64,000 nt of DNA from Escherichia coli (GCF_009931435.1 NZ_CP043414.1), one strand, 5' to 3'. Shown: positions 22,841 to 36,995, numbered from the stretch's first letter. Program-made: numbers and translations. Notes: a model not told the origin generated them from the letters alone.

Positions 22841-24169
22841 TTACTGCCAGCTAATCTGCGCCCTGCCGTTTTTCTTACTCTTATACAGCCGCTCATCCGC
22901 CAGCATTTTCAAACGTTCAACGGTGGTACATTCATTTGAATGCGCTACGCCGATACTGGTGCTCAAGTTAATACTCCCCACCTGGAAATGGACGATTTCT
23001 TTTAGAATCGATAGCAACTCCTCCAGCGTTCCGCCAGTATAAATCACCGCAAATTCGTCACCGCCGAAGCGGTAGACTTTACCTTTATCTACCGGGATCT
23101 GTGATTTAAGGATTTTCACCACTTTCATCAACACTTCATCGCCCAGCAAATGACCGAAGGTGTCGTTAATGTTTTTGAATTTATCGACATCAAAAAGACA
23201 CAGATAGCCCCCTTTTTCCGGCAGGGCTTTTAAATCTTCATCAAAGGATTTTCTGCCCATTGCTTTGGTCAGGTCGTCCAGAAACGCCGAGTTATACATA
23301 CTGTAGAGTTTTTTGACATCGGCAGCCGAGAAGAAAAGCCCACCGTCCAGGACGCGTTCAAAATGGTTATTAATAATGGCTTCTTTCTCCACAATGCCAC
23401 GATTAATCACTCTGCGCACCAGATAAAGGCAGCTAGCACCCGATATCACTGCCACCAATGCAGCAAAGAAAATAATCAACATACATACCTGAAAATAAAC
23501 GTCTTTTTTATACGAAAATACGTACAATCCGGTCGGCAAATAGGCGAAGTGCTCCATTGCTTCCGAAACGGTGAAGATGGCGTTTTTAGCATTATATTCA
23601 TCACCGGTCACCGGTTTACCGTTCTTAAACAGAGAGAACATCAGGTTCTCGCTATCCATCGCCAGCGATTTTGACAGTAAAGAAAAACGCTCCAGACCAA
23701 GCAAAAATATCAGACTGCGATTGTGAGTTACCGGATAGAGGTAATAGACGAAGGTTTTACCGTCAAAAGAGATAAACCCTGTATTTTTGACATGTCGATA
23801 CTTAACAACCTGCATAATATCTGCACAATAATTTTTCTCGAACTCCTTTACCTGAATACATTCGTCACTGGAAATCAGATAAGGACCGACATCGTACAAA
23901 TAAGAGGGTGAAACCGAGTCGGCGTAAGCTGTGCGCAAGCCAACCAACAGCTGTTCCTCCGTGGGATTTAGCGTGTTGATGAGATCAATTGCCACGCTAC
24001 GCCGATATTCAGCAATATTTGCCACCGCAAAAGCAGTATCAATAACGGACTGTTTCAGGCCATACACCCGTTCCTTTACCATTTGAGTGTAGATCCCGCA
24101 GGCAACTGCTGAAATCATGATAAAAATCAGCAGACTGACTGTAAGTACGAACTTATTGATTCTGGACAT
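22841..24169 (-). CDS. dgcI: Diguanylate cyclase DgcI (YliF), membrane-anchored GGDEF
   Basis: 442-aa; C-terminal GGDEF motif (RFGGDEF). Confidence 0.85.
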   Translation of the reverse strand: MSRINKFVLTVSLLIFIMISAVACGIYTQMVKERVYGLKQSVIDTAFAVANIAEYRRSVAIDLINTLNPTEEQLLVGLRTAYADSVSPSYLYDVGPYLISSDECIQVKEFEKNYCADIMQVVKYRHVKNTGFISFDGKTFVYYLYPVTHNRSLIFLLGLERFSLLSKSLAMDSENLMFSLFKNGKPVTGDEYNAKNAIFTVSEAMEHFAYLPTGLYVFSYKKDVYFQVCMLIIFFAALVAVISGASCLYLVRRVINRGIVEKEAIINNHFERVLDGGLFFSAADVKKLYSMYNSAFLDDLTKAMGRKSFDEDLKALPEKGGYLCLFDVDKFKNINDTFGHLLGDEVLMKVVKILKSQIPVDKGKVYRFGGDEFAVIYTGGTLEELLSILKEIVHFQVGSINLSTSIGVAHSNECTTVERLKMLADERLYKSKKNGRAQISWQ

Positions 24170-24176
24170 ACGTAAA

Positions 24177-26525
24177 CTACTCTTTTACTAATTTTCCACT
24201 TTTATCCCAGGCGGAGAACGGCATGGGTTTCTGGTACAGATACCCCTGAGCCTGAACACATCCTAATTTGATTAATTCGCGCGCAACGTCTTCGCTCTCT
24301 ACGCCTTCCGCAATCACCGGGATCCGGTTATAGCGTGCCAGATCGAAAATAATGCGCACAATTTTTCCCGCAGTACCGAAAATATCGCCGGTAAATTGTG
24401 AGTCCACTTTTATGCTATCTGGATTAATTTCATAAAAACGTTTCAGGTTTGACAAACCGGTGCCAAAGTCATCAATCGATATCCGTACCCCTTGTTTACG
24501 CAGTTGTTCAATATTGAGATAAAAATGTTCATTAATTCGCTCGATCACAGTTTCAGTGATCTCAACACAGAGGCTGTTCGCCTTCAGGCCATTTTCTTTC
24601 ATGATGGTGGTAAAACGCTCATGAAAGTGTGGTTCGTTTAACTGCCAGGGCGAAACATTAATATGCAGTAAGAAACCGTCCTTCAGCGACGCACGCTGAC
24701 TAAAATGTCTAAATTCACCCATTGCCGTTTTAATAATCTGATAACCCAGCTCATTGATAAACCCGATATCTTCAGCAATGGTAATGAACTTCAGCGGTGA
24801 AATGATCCCCCGCTCCGCAGACACCCAACGGCACAACGCCTCCGCGCCCAGAATGGCGCGGGTGTTAATATCAACGATCGGTTGATAGACCAGGAATAGT
24901 TCGCCAATTTCCATTGCATGGCGAATATTACGCGCAATCCAAATATTCTCTTCTATTTCGTTGAGTTTCGCGTCATCACAGAAAATAAACTCTGAGAACA
25001 TATGGTCACGGATGCTGGAAATCGCCAGTTTCAGTTTTTCTGCGTAACTCCAGGCGTTTTCTCCCTGCAAAGGTTCACAAATAGCAGACTTATGGATGCG
25101 CAGATTGCGGTAGCCAAAGCTGCTGTCAAAATCGTTTATCGTCGCTATCTTACGGGTAAACGTCTGGACATTTTCCCGGCACAGGAGTAAATAAAGATCG
25201 GCATTGAATGTCACGATATCGCAGCATTGTGCATATTTCTCGGCAATTCGCTGACACAGTTTTCTGACGATTTTATTACGCTCATCGACACCAAACACCG
25301 CTTCAACGGCTTCCAGGCCACACAGTTTGATGATCCCCACAGCCAGATACTGATTATTGTTGGACTCAATAATCGCCATATTTTTAATAAAACCGCTTTC
25401 TTGATCGTAAGAGATCAGCGAGAGCAATTTATTCGAACGTTCAATTTCGGCATCTTTCATTTCCGCGATCGAATTTTTGATGCTGATAATCTCTTTCGCA
25501 TCGCCTTCGCGAATTTTCAGAGCCTCGATTTGATCCGTTGAGTCGGGCAAAAATGCCAGCGTATTAACCAGCTCGGTCATTTCAGAAAATTGCCGACGGA
25601 ACACACGAGTGGTCATTAAATAAACCACCAGCAATACGATAATAATGAAAGCAAACGGCAGATAAAAAAGTTTATCTGATGCGTTCAATAAATTACCGCC
25701 AGGATAATAAAAATAGATTTCGAATAATGCGTTGTTTGGCACCGCTGATGTTTTTTCGATATATTCAGTATCGACAGAATCAATAATATTATAATTGCCT
25801 TCGCTATTATAAATAATCAGTTTTTCACGAGCGAGTTGATTCTTGGCAATGATCTCATGGCCTTGTTTCAAAAATAGAACTTCATCATTAGCGCTGATTT
25901 GATCAAGATACTCGTTCAGATATCGCCAGTTTAAATCGACATGAATTTTATCCACCACTAACAAATCGTGATCTTTGCCGTTGATGCGTAGCGTAAAAGA
26001 GATACATTTTTTACCCGGACGATCAAAGCAATTGTATGCCGGATTCCAGCTGTTGTTAGAGTCATCTGAAGCCACAGACCACGGTCGTTTCGATGGGTTA
26101 AAATCGGCAAAAATAACCCGCCCTGACTCGTCGACAAGCGGTCCATTTAATTGTTCCTGATGATAAACAACGATTTTATCATTTGCCCTCCGCGAAAAGA
26201 GATAATATTTATTATCATCAAGTACCAGTCCCACCGAGTCTAAAAATGGCATCATTTCCATTTTAAGGATCACAGCGCGTTGAATCTCCTCTGTATTTTT
26301 TAATAAATACAGTGAGTCCTTTAATGTCAGGGCCGAACGTTCAATATCTTTAAAGAAATAGCCAACGTTTTTCTGAATAAGTTCAAAGCGGCTATCGGCA
26401 CGTTTTACCGCGCGTTCCGATACCAGTTGATAGTTAATGATGAAAAAAAGGCCAATAAATGACAGTGCTGCCAATAAAAATAAAATTATCAGCCTTATCT
26501 TTATCTTTTCGTATAAACTCAGCAT
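24177..26525 (-). CDS. pdeI: c-di-GMP phosphodiesterase PdeI (YliE), EAL domain
   Basis: Trimmed to [23 protein letters not shown] (782 aa); EAL motif (EALCRW) in the C-terminal domain. Confidence 0.85.
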   Translation of the reverse strand: MLSLYEKIKIRLIILFLLAALSFIGLFFIINYQLVSERAVKRADSRFELIQKNVGYFFKDIERSALTLKDSLYLLKNTEEIQRAVILKMEMMPFLDSVGLVLDDNKYYLFSRRANDKIVVYHQEQLNGPLVDESGRVIFADFNPSKRPWSVASDDSNNSWNPAYNCFDRPGKKCISFTLRINGKDHDLLVVDKIHVDLNWRYLNEYLDQISANDEVLFLKQGHEIIAKNQLAREKLIIYNSEGNYNIIDSVDTEYIEKTSAVPNNALFEIYFYYPGGNLLNASDKLFYLPFAFIIIVLLVVYLMTTRVFRRQFSEMTELVNTLAFLPDSTDQIEALKIREGDAKEIISIKNSIAEMKDAEIERSNKLLSLISYDQESGFIKNMAIIESNNNQYLAVGIIKLCGLEAVEAVFGVDERNKIVRKLCQRIAEKYAQCCDIVTFNADLYLLLCRENVQTFTRKIATINDFDSSFGYRNLRIHKSAICEPLQGENAWSYAEKLKLAISSIRDHMFSEFIFCDDAKLNEIEENIWIARNIRHAMEIGELFLVYQPIVDINTRAILGAEALCRWVSAERGIISPLKFITIAEDIGFINELGYQIIKTAMGEFRHFSQRASLKDGFLLHINVSPWQLNEPHFHERFTTIMKENGLKANSLCVEITETVIERINEHFYLNIEQLRKQGVRISIDDFGTGLSNLKRFYEINPDSIKVDSQFTGDIFGTAGKIVRIIFDLARYNRIPVIAEGVESEDVARELIKLGCVQAQGYLYQKPMPFSAWDKSGKLVKE

Positions 26526-26702
26526 GTTAATACATTTAACAAAATAACTGTCTGAACGCTGTGCCGCTGCAAAAACAGTCCCTTGCTGCGGCTTTTTAAC
26601 CAAATTACCCGATTCTACAAAATCAGCAGAAAGTTACAACACTTGCTTAGGGCAATAATTTCCTGTGAGGTGATTACCCTTTCAAGCAATATTCAAACGT
26701 AA

Positions 26703-27614
26703 CTATCCTTTAATTTTCGGATCCAGCGCATCGCGTAAACCATCCCCCAGCAAATTGAACGCCAGTACAGTCAGAAAAATAGCCAGGGCCGGAAAAACAG
26801 CGACATGCGGCGCGATAACCATATCCGCTCGAGCCTCATTGAGCATCGCTCCCCACTCTGGTGTCGGCGGCTGCGCGCCGAGGCCGAGAAACGACAGGCT
26901 GGCCGCAGAGATAATCGAGGTGCCAATGCGCATGGTGAAAAACACCACGATAGAAGAGACGGTCCCAGGCAGAATATGACACAATAAAATGGTCATATCG
27001 CTGGCACCAATACTGCGTGCTGACTCAATAAAGGTTTGCTGTTTCAACACCAGCGTATTGCCGCGCACCAGTCGGGCAAACGCGGGGATGGAAAAAATGG
27101 CAACGGCGATAATCACGTTAGCGATGCCGCTTCCCAACACCGCAACAACAGCGATCGCCAGTAAAATACCCGGGAAGGCAAACAGCACATCGCAAATGCG
27201 CATGATCAGCCGATCCCACCAGCCTTCATAATATCCCGCCAGCAAGCCCAGCAACGTCCCGATCGCCGCACCGATAAACACGGCAAACACGCCCGCCGCC
27301 AGCGAGATTTGCGCACCAACCAGGACACGGCTGAAAATGTCGCGTCCCAGTGAATCGACGCCAAACCAGTGCTGCAAAGAAGGTCCGTTATTCAGATTGT
27401 CATAATCGAAAAAATTTTCGGCGTCATAGGGGGCGATCCAGCGTGCAAAAATGGCCACCACAATCAATAAAATGACGAATAATGCGGCGGCCATCGCCAT
27501 ATGCTGATGGCGAAATCGTCGCCAGAATTCATGCCACGGTGTACGTACCTGGTCAGGTTTAACCAATGGCATGGCGTTTAACACCGCCTGACGTCGCCAG
27601 TTAAATATTCGCAT
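26703..27614 (-). CDS. gsiD: Glutathione ABC transporter permease GsiD
   Basis: 303-aa ABC permease (DppC-like). Confidence 0.9.
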   Translation of the reverse strand: MRIFNWRRQAVLNAMPLVKPDQVRTPWHEFWRRFRHQHMAMAAALFVILLIVVAIFARWIAPYDAENFFDYDNLNNGPSLQHWFGVDSLGRDIFSRVLVGAQISLAAGVFAVFIGAAIGTLLGLLAGYYEGWWDRLIMRICDVLFAFPGILLAIAVVAVLGSGIANVIIAVAIFSIPAFARLVRGNTLVLKQQTFIESARSIGASDMTILLCHILPGTVSSIVVFFTMRIGTSIISAASLSFLGLGAQPPTPEWGAMLNEARADMVIAPHVAVFPALAIFLTVLAFNLLGDGLRDALDPKIKG

Positions 27615-27616
27615 CC

Positions 27617-28537
27617 TTACTTGTACCTGATAGCCGGGTTAATGGCGGCATAAAGCACATCCACCACTAAGTTGATAAGAATAAATTCCAGCGAGAAAAG
27701 CAGAATTTCCGCCTGAATCACCGGGTAATCGCGCATTTCTACGGAGTCGACGAGTAAGCGTCCAAGTCCGGGCCAGTTGAAGACTTTCTCCACCACAATG
27801 GAACCACCGAGTAAAAAGCCAAACTGTAAGCCCATCATGGTCACTACCGGGATCATCGCATTGCGTAACCCGTGTTTGAGGATGACCCAGGTTTCGCTCA
27901 CCCCTTTCGCCCTCGCGGTACGCATATAATCTTCGCTTAAAACGTCGACAAACGATGCGCGGGTAAAGCGCGCCATCACGGCTGCCACTGCCGCGCCGAG
28001 CGTCAGGGAGGGTAAAATGTAGTGCTGCCAACTGTCTGCACCAACGGTGGGTAACCAGTCAAGTTCAACTGAGAAAACCTGAATCAACAGTATTCCTAAC
28101 GCAAATGCCGGGAATGAAATCCCTGATACCGCGATAGTCATACTTAATCGATCCGGCCAACGGTTACGCCAGACGGCGGCGATAATTCCCGCCGCCATAC
28201 CAAATATCACTGCCCAGACCATACTGGTTATGGTCAGCCACAGCGTTGGCATAAAGCGGCTGGCAATCTCATTGGCAACGGGACGACGCGACACCATCGA
28301 CAGGCCAAAATCCCCCTGCACAGCATTGCTGATATAGTGCCAGAACTGGTGATACATCGGCTGATCCAACCCCAGCTGCTGACGCACCAGTTCTATAACC
28401 TGCGCATCAGCTTCGGGCCCGGCAATCAATCGCGCCGGATCGCCGGGCAGCATATGGACAAATAAAAACACCAGCACCGAGACGATAAACAGCGTCGGAA
28501 TCAACCCCAGTAAGCGTTTGATAACGTAATTAAGCAT
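27617..28537 (-). CDS. gsiC: Glutathione ABC transporter permease GsiC
   Basis: 306-aa ABC permease (DppB-like). Confidence 0.9.
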   Translation of the reverse strand: MLNYVIKRLLGLIPTLFIVSVLVFLFVHMLPGDPARLIAGPEADAQVIELVRQQLGLDQPMYHQFWHYISNAVQGDFGLSMVSRRPVANEIASRFMPTLWLTITSMVWAVIFGMAAGIIAAVWRNRWPDRLSMTIAVSGISFPAFALGILLIQVFSVELDWLPTVGADSWQHYILPSLTLGAAVAAVMARFTRASFVDVLSEDYMRTARAKGVSETWVILKHGLRNAMIPVVTMMGLQFGFLLGGSIVVEKVFNWPGLGRLLVDSVEMRDYPVIQAEILLFSLEFILINLVVDVLYAAINPAIRYK

Positions 28538-28554
28538 TCCACTCCCTGCGTTGC

Positions 28555-30093
28555 TTATTGCAAATCCGCGTCTTCAAAGCTGAAACCGGTGTCTGGCATG
28601 ATCCAAAAACCGGTCAGGTTTTTACTGTGTGCCGACACCAGTTTTTCTACCACCAGCGGGATCCACGGCGACTCTTGCCAGATGATATCCTGCACCGCCT
28701 TATATAAACGGGTCTTTTCTGCCGGATCGTTGGTTTTCAGCGCCTGGGCAAGCTCGTCATCCACCTGCTTATTGCTGTAAAACGCAGTATTAAACAGCGT
28801 CGGCGGCCAGTTCTGCGAGGCGAACAGTGGCGATAGCGCCCAGTCAGCTTCACCAGTCGAGGCCGACCAGCCAGTGTAGAACATTCTCACGCCGCTCTCT
28901 TTTTGCCCTTTACCTTCAACTTCTGCCGCCCGCTGCCCGGCATCCATCGCAGTCACCTGGGCTTTAATCCCGACCTGCGCTAACTGCTGCTGGGTAAATT
29001 GCAGCACTTTCTGCGCGGTGCTGTGGTTATGTGACGACCACAGCGTGGTGCTGAAACCGTTGGGATATCCCGCCTCTTTCAGTAATTCGCGCGCTTTCAC
29101 TGGATCGTAAGGCCACGGTTTATAACTTTGCGCGTAGGCGATACTCGGCGGTACCACACCAGTAGCTGGCGTTGCATAGCCCGCGAAGGCTACTTTCACC
29201 AGCGCCGGGCGGTTAATGGCGTAATTCAGCGCCTCACGGACCTTCGGGTTATCGAACGGCTTTTGCGTCACGTTCATACTGATATAACGCTGCATAATTG
29301 ACGGACTGGCCATCAACTCGATATTTTTGTTTTTCTCCAGCAGTGCGGCCTGCTCGTAGGGAATGGGGAAAGCAAACTGCGCTTCACCGGTTTGCAGCAT
29401 TGCCGCGCGGGTGTTGTTATCCGCCACCGGACGCCAGGTTATGCTGTCCAGTTTGGGCAATCCTGGCTGCCAGTAACCCGCGAATTTTTTCACTTTCACA
29501 AAATCGGTCTGATTCCAGGTATCCAGTTCATACGGCCCGGTTCCCACCGGATGAAAACCAATATCCTTGCCATATTTTTCCAGCGCTGCCGGTGAAATCA
29601 TCGCGGTCGCCGGATGGGCAAGAATATTAATAAACGCTGAAAACGGCTGTTTGAGGGTAATCTTTACCGTTGTCGGATCGATCGCTTCCGTTTTGGCAAT
29701 ATTCTTATACAGGTTATAGCGTTTAAGATGATTCGCCGGATCGCTGGCCCGGTCCAGATTCGCTTTTACCGCTGCTGCGTTGAAATCGGTGCCATCCTGG
29801 AATTTAATTCCTTCCCGCAGTTTCACGGTGTAAGTAAGGCCGTCATCGGAAACGGTATAACTCTCCGCCAGCACGTTTTTCAGTTTCATCTCTTTATCGA
29901 GACCGAACAGCCCCTGGTAAAACGATTTCGCTACGGCCTGAGATAACGTGTCATTCGCGTCATATGGATCGAGCGTGGTGAAGTTCGATCCTACCGCCAC
30001 CACCACATCTTTGGCAGCGAATGCACAAGATGCCATCAACGCTGTCGCAATGCCCAGCGCCACTAACCCACTACGGTGTACAGCTCTTGCCAT
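28555..30093 (-). CDS. gsiB: Glutathione-binding periplasmic protein GsiB
   Basis: Trimmed to [26 protein letters not shown] (signal peptide), 512 aa; the 601-aa ORF has no plausible N-terminal extension. Confidence 0.9.
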   Translation of the reverse strand: MARAVHRSGLVALGIATALMASCAFAAKDVVVAVGSNFTTLDPYDANDTLSQAVAKSFYQGLFGLDKEMKLKNVLAESYTVSDDGLTYTVKLREGIKFQDGTDFNAAAVKANLDRASDPANHLKRYNLYKNIAKTEAIDPTTVKITLKQPFSAFINILAHPATAMISPAALEKYGKDIGFHPVGTGPYELDTWNQTDFVKVKKFAGYWQPGLPKLDSITWRPVADNNTRAAMLQTGEAQFAFPIPYEQAALLEKNKNIELMASPSIMQRYISMNVTQKPFDNPKVREALNYAINRPALVKVAFAGYATPATGVVPPSIAYAQSYKPWPYDPVKARELLKEAGYPNGFSTTLWSSHNHSTAQKVLQFTQQQLAQVGIKAQVTAMDAGQRAAEVEGKGQKESGVRMFYTGWSASTGEADWALSPLFASQNWPPTLFNTAFYSNKQVDDELAQALKTNDPAEKTRLYKAVQDIIWQESPWIPLVVEKLVSAHSKNLTGFWIMPDTGFSFEDADLQ

Positions 30094-30112
30094 TTTATTC
30101 TCCGCCTGAATG

Positions 30113-31984
30113 TTATCTACGCATGAATGCGTATTCTGATTGTGGTTGTGCGACGTAATGCCCCGGCCCGACGCATTGCAACGAGACGGCTGCAACCTCT
30201 TCGCCACGCAGATGAATATTGCTGGGAAGATCGTCCGACAGCAGTACACGCTGCGGTCGTTGTCGGGACGGTTCAGCGACCGGAACTGCCGCCAGTAATT
30301 TACGCGTATAAGGATGCTGCGGGTTTTCAAAGACCGCGCGCCGTGGACCAATTTCAACAATTTGTCCGAGATACATCACCGCCACACGATGACTAATCCG
30401 CTCTACCACGGCCATATCGTGGGAGATAAACAGATACGCAATGCCGAAATCACGCTGGAGATCGAGCAACAAGTTGATAATCTGCCCGCGAATAGATACA
30501 TCCAGCGCCGAGACGGCTTCGTCGGCAATGATCACTTTTGGATTCAATGCCAACGCGCGAGCAATGCAGATGCGCTGGCGCTGACCGCCGGAAAACTCAT
30601 GCGGGTAACGCCAGGCATGTTCAGGTAACAGGCCCACGCGCTCCAGCAACCACGCAACGCGTGCAGCCGCTTCTTTACCTGGCAATAAACCGTGTACGCG
30701 CAGCGGTTCGATAATCGAATCACCGATGGTCTGACGTGGGTCCAGCGAAGCGTAAGGGTCCTGAAAAATAAACTGAATATCGCGACGCAATGCCTGAAGT
30801 TTGCCGGGTGACAAAGTATCGATTCGCTGACCGTTAAAGATAATTTCGCCGCCCTGCGATTCGACCAGGCGCAGCAACGCCCGCCCGGTAGTGGATTTAC
30901 CGCTGCCAGACTCACCCACCAGCGATAGCGTTTCGCCAGGCCAGAGATCAAAACTGACTTTCTCAACGGCATGCACTTCCCGCGTCACGCGATTCAACAA
31001 ACCACTGCGCAAAGGGAAACGGGTAACCAGATTACGCACCCGTAAAACAGGTTCGCCATCCACTACCGTCTTCTGCTCGATGGGTGGTTCCTGTTTCACT
31101 GGATGTTCAAGCGATATCAATGGGAAACGTCGGGGATAATCTCTCCCTTTCATCGCACCAAGCTGCGGGACAGCAGCTAACAGCGCACGGGTGTAAGGAT
31201 GTTGTGGTGCATGAAAAATCTGTTTGACGCTACCCGTTTCCACCGCCTCGCCCTGATACATCACCAGTACCCGATCGGCAATCTCTGCCACCACACCCAT
31301 ATCGTGAGTGATAAAGATAACGCCCATCGACATCTCTTTTTGCAATACTTTGATTAATTGCAGGATCTGCGCCTGAATAGTGACATCCAGCGCGGTGGTT
31401 GGCTCATCGGCAATCAGCACCGCCGGGCGGCATGACAGTGCCATCGCAATCATCACTCGCTGGCGCATCCCGCCAGAGAGTTGATGCGGATAACGTGAAA
31501 GAATGGTTTGTGCCTCCGGAATGCGTACCTGATCCAGCATCCGCTTCGCCTCGACCATTGCTTCTTCACGACTGGCGTTTTGATGCAGACGAATTGATTC
31601 GGCAATCTGTTCACCCACAGTAAATACCGGGTTCAGCGATGTCATCGGCTCCTGAAATATCATTGCCATATCCGCACCGCGCACATGGCGCATTTGTGCA
31701 GCGCTCTGCTCGCTAAGTTCAATCACTTCGCGAGTGCGCCGCCGCAACAGCATTTGATCGCACTGCACTAAACCGCCCGCCTGTTCCAACAGGCGCATCA
31801 GTGCCAGCGCAGTCACTGACTTACCAGAGCCGGATTCGCCAACAATTGCCAGCGTCTTACCACGTTGTAGGCTAAAAGAGAGATTGCGGACCGCAGCTAT
31901 TTTCTGCTGGTCCTGCCTAAAGGCAATATTCAGATTTTCAACCGCCAGCACATCACCGGCATCAAGTTCATCACTGTGTGGCAA
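30113..31984 (-). CDS. gsiA: Glutathione import ATP-binding protein GsiA (duplicated ABC ATPase)
   Basis: Two Walker A motifs (GESGSGKS twice) and two LSGG signatures. Start placed at in-frame TTG giving [18 protein letters not shown] (623 aa); overlaps the 3' end of iaaA. Confidence 0.85.
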   Translation of the reverse strand: MPHSDELDAGDVLAVENLNIAFRQDQQKIAAVRNLSFSLQRGKTLAIVGESGSGKSVTALALMRLLEQAGGLVQCDQMLLRRRTREVIELSEQSAAQMRHVRGADMAMIFQEPMTSLNPVFTVGEQIAESIRLHQNASREEAMVEAKRMLDQVRIPEAQTILSRYPHQLSGGMRQRVMIAMALSCRPAVLIADEPTTALDVTIQAQILQLIKVLQKEMSMGVIFITHDMGVVAEIADRVLVMYQGEAVETGSVKQIFHAPQHPYTRALLAAVPQLGAMKGRDYPRRFPLISLEHPVKQEPPIEQKTVVDGEPVLRVRNLVTRFPLRSGLLNRVTREVHAVEKVSFDLWPGETLSLVGESGSGKSTTGRALLRLVESQGGEIIFNGQRIDTLSPGKLQALRRDIQFIFQDPYASLDPRQTIGDSIIEPLRVHGLLPGKEAAARVAWLLERVGLLPEHAWRYPHEFSGGQRQRICIARALALNPKVIIADEAVSALDVSIRGQIINLLLDLQRDFGIAYLFISHDMAVVERISHRVAVMYLGQIVEIGPRRAVFENPQHPYTRKLLAAVPVAEPSRQRPQRVLLSDDLPSNIHLRGEEVAAVSLQCVGPGHYVAQPQSEYAFMRR

Positions 31985-32936
31985 CGGTGTCCCCTTTTTC
32001 ACGGTAGATACCGGTGGTTGGCGTATCGCCTGCGTAGCCCCAGGCGCGATACATTCCTTCGGTGTTAAACGGTAGCGCGACGTTACCTTCATGGTCGATA
32101 GCGATTAAGCCACCGTTACCACCAAGCGCAGGGAGTTTTTCCATTACTACCCGCTCGCAGGCTTCCGCGAGACTTAATCCGCCGTAATCCATTAACGCGG
32201 CGATGTCATATGCCGCCAGCGCGCGGATGAAGACTTCGCCCGTGCCGGTACAAGAAACCGCCACACTGGCGTTATTGGCGTAGCATCCGGCGCCCACTAA
32301 GGGACTATCGCCAACTCGTCCGGGTAATTTATTGGTCATTCCGCCTGTGGACGTGGCTGCCGCCAGATTGCCGTCTAAATCCAACGCCACGGCACCCACG
32401 GTGCCCATTTTCTGTTTTTCATCCAGTGGCGCACCGCTATGGTCGAGAACCGTTGCCCCTTCCTCGCGCGCTGCCAGGAGTTGTTCATAACGCAAAGGCG
32501 TGGAGAAAATCTCCGGCGAGACGCGCTCCATGCCATGAGCAAACGCAAAATTTTCTGCCCCTTCGCCAATCATCATCACATGCGGGCTTTGCTCCATCAC
32601 CAGGCGGGCAGCAAGAACCGGATTACGCAGATGACTCACGCCCGCCACCGCACCGGCTTTCAGGGTGTTACCATCCATCACACAGGCGTCGAGTTCATGC
32701 GTTTCATCTCGCGTAAAGACTGCGCCAATTCCGGCGTTAAACAGTGGACACTCTTCCAGCAGACGCACCGTTTCCGTCACCACATCCAGCGCACTTTCGC
32801 CCGCTTCCAGCATTTTCTGCCCGGTTTCAACAATGGCAGACAACGCCTCAATGTAGCGTAATTCCTGTTGCAGACTCATCTGCGCGCGGCTAATTGCACC
32901 TGCGCCACCATGAATTGCAATGACTGCTTTGCCCAT
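31971..32936 (-). CDS. iaaA: Isoaspartyl peptidase / L-asparaginase IaaA (Ntn hydrolase)
   Basis: 321-aa; [15 protein letters not shown]-terminus and autoproteolytic GTVGAVALD site. Confidence 0.9.
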   Translation of the reverse strand: MGKAVIAIHGGAGAISRAQMSLQQELRYIEALSAIVETGQKMLEAGESALDVVTETVRLLEECPLFNAGIGAVFTRDETHELDACVMDGNTLKAGAVAGVSHLRNPVLAARLVMEQSPHVMMIGEGAENFAFAHGMERVSPEIFSTPLRYEQLLAAREEGATVLDHSGAPLDEKQKMGTVGAVALDLDGNLAAATSTGGMTNKLPGRVGDSPLVGAGCYANNASVAVSCTGTGEVFIRALAAYDIAALMDYGGLSLAEACERVVMEKLPALGGNGGLIAIDHEGNVALPFNTEGMYRAWGYAGDTPTTGIYREKGDTVATQ

Positions 32937-33139
32937 AGTATTCGTCCATTAAGGATGGCTCGCCACTTTTGCTATAAATATCAGAATTTTTATGAATTAC
33001 TCATTCAATTTTTGAATATAGAAAGATGGATATGGCATGTAAAGGCAGGAGCCAGCGCTACGCCCGAGGTGGCATACAGTCTGTGGCGTTTTTCTGACAT
33101 AATAGGCAAATTCGATTTTGCCTCCGCAGGAGTGTTTTC

Positions 33140-34375
33140 ATGGAATTTACCACCGGATTGATGTCGCTCGACACCGCGCTTAATGAGATGCTTTCTCGCG
33201 TTACCCCACTGACCGCCCAGGAAACGCTGCCACTGGTACAGTGTTTTGGTCGTATTCTGGCGAGCGATGTCGTTTCGCCACTGGATGTCCCGGGGTTTGA
33301 TAACTCCGCTATGGACGGCTACGCGGTGCGTTTAGCCGATATCGCCTCCGGGCAACCGCTGCCCGTTGCCGGTAAATCCTTTGCCGGTCAGCCGTACCAT
33401 GGTGAATGGCCTGCGGGTACCTGCATTCGTATTATGACCGGTGCGCCGGTGCCGGAAGGCTGCGAAGCGGTGGTGATGCAGGAACAGACCGAACAGACTG
33501 ACGCTGGCGTGCGTTTTACTGCTGAAGTGCGTAGCGGGCAAAATATTCGCCGTCGCGGTGAAGATATCTCTGCGGGTGCGGTTGTTTTCCCAGCGGGAAC
33601 ACGCCTGACTACCGCAGAGCTGCCAGTAATTGCTTCACTGGGGATTGCCGAAGTTCCGGTGATTCGTAAAGTGCGTGTAGCGCTGTTTTCTACCGGTGAT
33701 GAACTCCAGTTGCCAGGCCAGCCACTGGGCGACGGCCAAATCTACGATACCAACCGTCTCGCCGTACACCTGATGTTAGAACAGCTGGGATGCGAGGTAA
33801 TCAACTTAGGGATTATCCGCGACGATCCCCATGCCCTGCGCGCCGCTTTTATTGAAGCCGATAGCCAGGCAGATGTGGTGATCAGTTCCGGCGGTGTTTC
33901 AGTGGGTGAAGCGGATTACACCAAAACCATTCTTGAAGAGCTGGGGGAGATCGCCTTCTGGAAGCTGGCGATTAAACCAGGTAAACCGTTCGCGTTCGGT
34001 AAACTCAGCAATAGCTGGTTCTGCGGCCTGCCGGGTAATCCGGTTTCAGCAACGCTGACCTTCTATCAACTGGTACAGCCGTTACTGGCAAAATTGAGCG
34101 GCAACACCGCCAGCGGCCTGCCAGCGCGTCAGCGCGTACGCACGGCTTCTCGCCTCAAGAAAACGCCTGGTCGCCTTGATTTCCAACGTGGTGTGCTGCA
34201 ACGTAATGCTGACGGTGAACTGGAAGTCACCACCACCGGGCATCAGGGCTCACATATATTTAGCTCTTTTAGCCTCGGCAACTGCTTTATCGTACTGGAA
34301 CGCGAGCGCGGCAATGTAGAAGCGGGCGAATGGGTGGAAGTAGAACCGTTTAACGCGTTATTCGGAGGCCTGTAA
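33140..34375 (+). CDS. moeA: Molybdopterin molybdenumtransferase MoeA
   Basis: 411-aa [18 protein letters not shown]. Confidence 0.9.
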   Translation: MEFTTGLMSLDTALNEMLSRVTPLTAQETLPLVQCFGRILASDVVSPLDVPGFDNSAMDGYAVRLADIASGQPLPVAGKSFAGQPYHGEWPAGTCIRIMTGAPVPEGCEAVVMQEQTEQTDAGVRFTAEVRSGQNIRRRGEDISAGAVVFPAGTRLTTAELPVIASLGIAEVPVIRKVRVALFSTGDELQLPGQPLGDGQIYDTNRLAVHLMLEQLGCEVINLGIIRDDPHALRAAFIEADSQADVVISSGGVSVGEADYTKTILEELGEIAFWKLAIKPGKPFAFGKLSNSWFCGLPGNPVSATLTFYQLVQPLLAKLSGNTASGLPARQRVRTASRLKKTPGRLDFQRGVLQRNADGELEVTTTGHQGSHIFSSFSLGNCFIVLERERGNVEAGEWVEVEPFNALFGGL

Positions 34376-35124
34376 TGGCGGAACTCAGCGATCAGGAGAT
34401 GCTGCGCTACAACCGGCAAATCATTCTGCGCGGTTTTGATTTTGACGGTCAGGAGGCGCTAAAAGATTCTCGTGTGCTGATCGTCGGCCTCGGTGGACTC
34501 GGCTGTGCAGCTTCGCAGTATCTGGCAAGCTCCGGTGTCGGCAACCTGACGCTGCTCGACTTCGACACGGTTTCGCTCTCGAATCTGCAACGCCAGACTC
34601 TGCACAGTGATGCCACGGTCGGGCAACCGAAGGTGGAATCCGCCCGAGACGCACTGGCGCGGATCAATCCACATATCGCGATTACGCCGGTAAATGCGTT
34701 GCTTGATGACGTGGAGCTTGCTGCATTGATCGCTGAACACAATCTGGTGCTCGACTGCACGGATAACGTTGCGGTACGTAATCAATTGAACGCTGGCTGT
34801 TTTGCCGCAAAGGTGCCGCTGGTTTCCGGGGCGGCAATTCGTATGGAAGGACAAATCACGGTCTTCACTTATCAGGACGGCGAACCGTGCTACCGCTGCC
34901 TTAGCCGTTTGTTTGGCGAGAACGCGCTAACCTGCGTAGAAGCAGGCGTGATGGCACCGTTGATCGGCGTAATTGGTTCGTTGCAGGCAATGGAGGCGAT
35001 CAAACTGCTGGCAGGTTATGGCAAACCGGCCAGCGGGAAAATCGTCATGTACGATGCGATGACCTGCCAGTTTCGCGAAATGAAACTGATGCGTAACCCG
35101 GGGTGTGAGGTGTGCGGGCAGTAA
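34375..35124 (+). CDS. moeB: Molybdopterin-synthase adenylyltransferase MoeB
   Basis: 249-aa; GLGGLGC nucleotide-binding motif and C-terminal CxxC pairs; TAATG overlap with moeA. Confidence 0.9.
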   Translation: MAELSDQEMLRYNRQIILRGFDFDGQEALKDSRVLIVGLGGLGCAASQYLASSGVGNLTLLDFDTVSLSNLQRQTLHSDATVGQPKVESARDALARINPHIAITPVNALLDDVELAALIAEHNLVLDCTDNVAVRNQLNAGCFAAKVPLVSGAAIRMEGQITVFTYQDGEPCYRCLSRLFGENALTCVEAGVMAPLIGVIGSLQAMEAIKLLAGYGKPASGKIVMYDAMTCQFREMKLMRNPGCEVCGQ

Positions 35125-35135
35125 TTGCCAGCCCC

Positions 35136-35220
35136 AGGCCTGATAAGTTGCGACAAGCGTCGCATCAGGCATTTGCTCCAGACGCCAGATGCGGCGTGAA
35201 CGCCTTATCTGGCCTACGGT
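35136..35220. repeat. REP/BIME elements downstream of moeB
   Basis: gcctgataagttgcgacaagcgtcgcatcaggc and gccagatgcggcgtgaacgccttatctggcc, typical REP palindromes. Confidence 0.6.
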
Positions 35221-35302
35221 TCGGGCGCAGATTTCCAGGCGCGGCAAGCGTTGGTGCACTCCACCACGTTATCAGCAATTGATGAGGATGCAGAACGTCC
35301 TG

Positions 35303-35965
35303 TTAAATCGACGTTCTGCCAAAAGCCCCCTGCCAGTCCTGCTCAAACTTCGCCACGGCGGCGTCAACTGCCGGATAGCTAATCATCTGCTGCGCCACAT
35401 CCAGTGGCAGAGTAATTGATTCACATCCTGCCAGTAAGCAGTCCAGCGCCTGACGCGGGGTTTTAAAACTCGCGGCTAACACTTTCGCCTGCGGCGCATG
35501 CATTTTCAATAACTGGTGTAAATCGGTCACAGTTTGCATACCGCTACCGCCCTGAGCATCAATTCGGTTGACGTAAGGTGCAACGTACTCCGCACCTGCC
35601 AGCGCCGACAGCAGCCCTTGTGCCGCGCCATACACTGCCGTACCCAGCGTCGGAATACCTTCTGCTTTTAACATTTTAATAGCAGCCAGCCCCTCGGCAG
35701 TCACCGGAACTTTCACCACGATATCTGCAATAATAGAACGCAGTTTACGTGCATCATTCACCATCCCTTCGGCAGTGGTAGCCATTACCTGGGCAAACAG
35801 ACGCCCCTGACCGCCCATCGCTTCGTGAAGCTCCGGAAGTACCACCTCCAGCGGTTTTTTACCCGCGGCGATAATACTTGGGTTAGTGGTCACACCCGCC
35901 AGCGGAAAAATACGTGACAGTGTCTTCACCGCAACAACGTCTGAAGTATCCAGATACAGTTCCAT
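35303..35965 (-). CDS. fsaA: Fructose-6-phosphate aldolase 1
   Basis: Trimmed to [14 protein letters not shown] (220 aa); transaldolase-like fold. Confidence 0.9.
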   Translation of the reverse strand: MELYLDTSDVVAVKTLSRIFPLAGVTTNPSIIAAGKKPLEVVLPELHEAMGGQGRLFAQVMATTAEGMVNDARKLRSIIADIVVKVPVTAEGLAAIKMLKAEGIPTLGTAVYGAAQGLLSALAGAEYVAPYVNRIDAQGGSGMQTVTDLHQLLKMHAPQAKVLAASFKTPRQALDCLLAGCESITLPLDVAQQMISYPAVDAAVAKFEQDWQGAFGRTSI

Positions 35966-36095
35966 AACCATCCTCAAAATGTACTTTTTGTCTGAATGTA
36001 GACTATCACGGGAAAACTCTCTGAACAGTTGACGCACATCAATCTAACTTTCATTCGAAAGTATTTTAATGTTTGAACGAAACAGAGAGGCAACT

Positions 36096-36995
36096 ATGAT
36101 TTTCAATATTCAGCGCTACTCGACCCATGACGGCCCCGGTATCCGCACGGTCGTTTTTCTTAAAGGCTGTTCACTGGGCTGCCGCTGGTGTCAGAACCCG
36201 GAAAGCCGCGCCCGCACGCAGGATCTTCTGTATGACGCACGTCTGTGTCTGGAAGGCTGCGAGCTGTGCGCTAAGACCGCGCCGGAAGTGATTGAGCGCG
36301 CGCTGAATGGTTTGCTTATTCATCGGGAAAAGTTAACCCCGGAGCATCTGACGGCGTTAACCGACTGCTGCCCGACACAGGCGTTAACCGTGTGTGGTGA
36401 AGTGAAAAGCGTTGAGGAGATCATGGCGACCGTTCTGCGCGACAAACCGTTTTACGATCGCAGCGGCGGCGGCTTAACGCTTTCCGGTGGTGAGCCGTTT
36501 ATGCAGCCGGAAATGGCGATGGGGCTACTGCAAACCAGCCACGAAGCCGGTATTCATACTGCGGTAGAAACCTGTCTGCATGTGCCGTGGAAATACATCG
36601 CCCCTTCTCTGCCGTATATCGATCTGTTTCTTGCCGATTTAAAACACGTTGCCGACGTGCCGTTTAAACAGTGGACCGACGGTAACGCCGCCAGAGTGCT
36701 GGATAACCTGAAAAAACTCGCAGCGGCGGGGAAAAAAATCATCATCCGCGTGCCGTTGATTCAGGGCTTTAATGCCGATGAAACCTCTGTGAAAGCCATT
36801 ACCGATTTTGCCGCCGACGAGCTGCACGTCGGCGAAATTCATTTCCTGCCCTACCACACGCTGGGCATCAACAAATATCACTTACTTAATCTGCCCTATG
36901 ACGCCCCGGAAAAACCGCTTGATGCGCCAGAACTGCTCGACTTTGCCCTGCAGTATGCCTGCCAGAAAGGGTTAACCGCGACCTTACGAGGATAA
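36096..36995 (+). CDS. ybiY: Glycyl-radical enzyme activating protein YbiY (PflE)
   Basis: [36 protein letters not shown] (radical-SAM CxxxCxxC); 299 aa from the internal start, 308 aa if the upstream ATG at 36069 is used. Confidence 0.85.
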   Translation: MIFNIQRYSTHDGPGIRTVVFLKGCSLGCRWCQNPESRARTQDLLYDARLCLEGCELCAKTAPEVIERALNGLLIHREKLTPEHLTALTDCCPTQALTVCGEVKSVEEIMATVLRDKPFYDRSGGGLTLSGGEPFMQPEMAMGLLQTSHEAGIHTAVETCLHVPWKYIAPSLPYIDLFLADLKHVADVPFKQWTDGNAARVLDNLKKLAAAGKKIIIRVPLIQGFNADETSVKAITDFAADELHVGEIHFLPYHTLGINKYHLLNLPYDAPEKPLDAPELLDFALQYACQKGLTATLRG

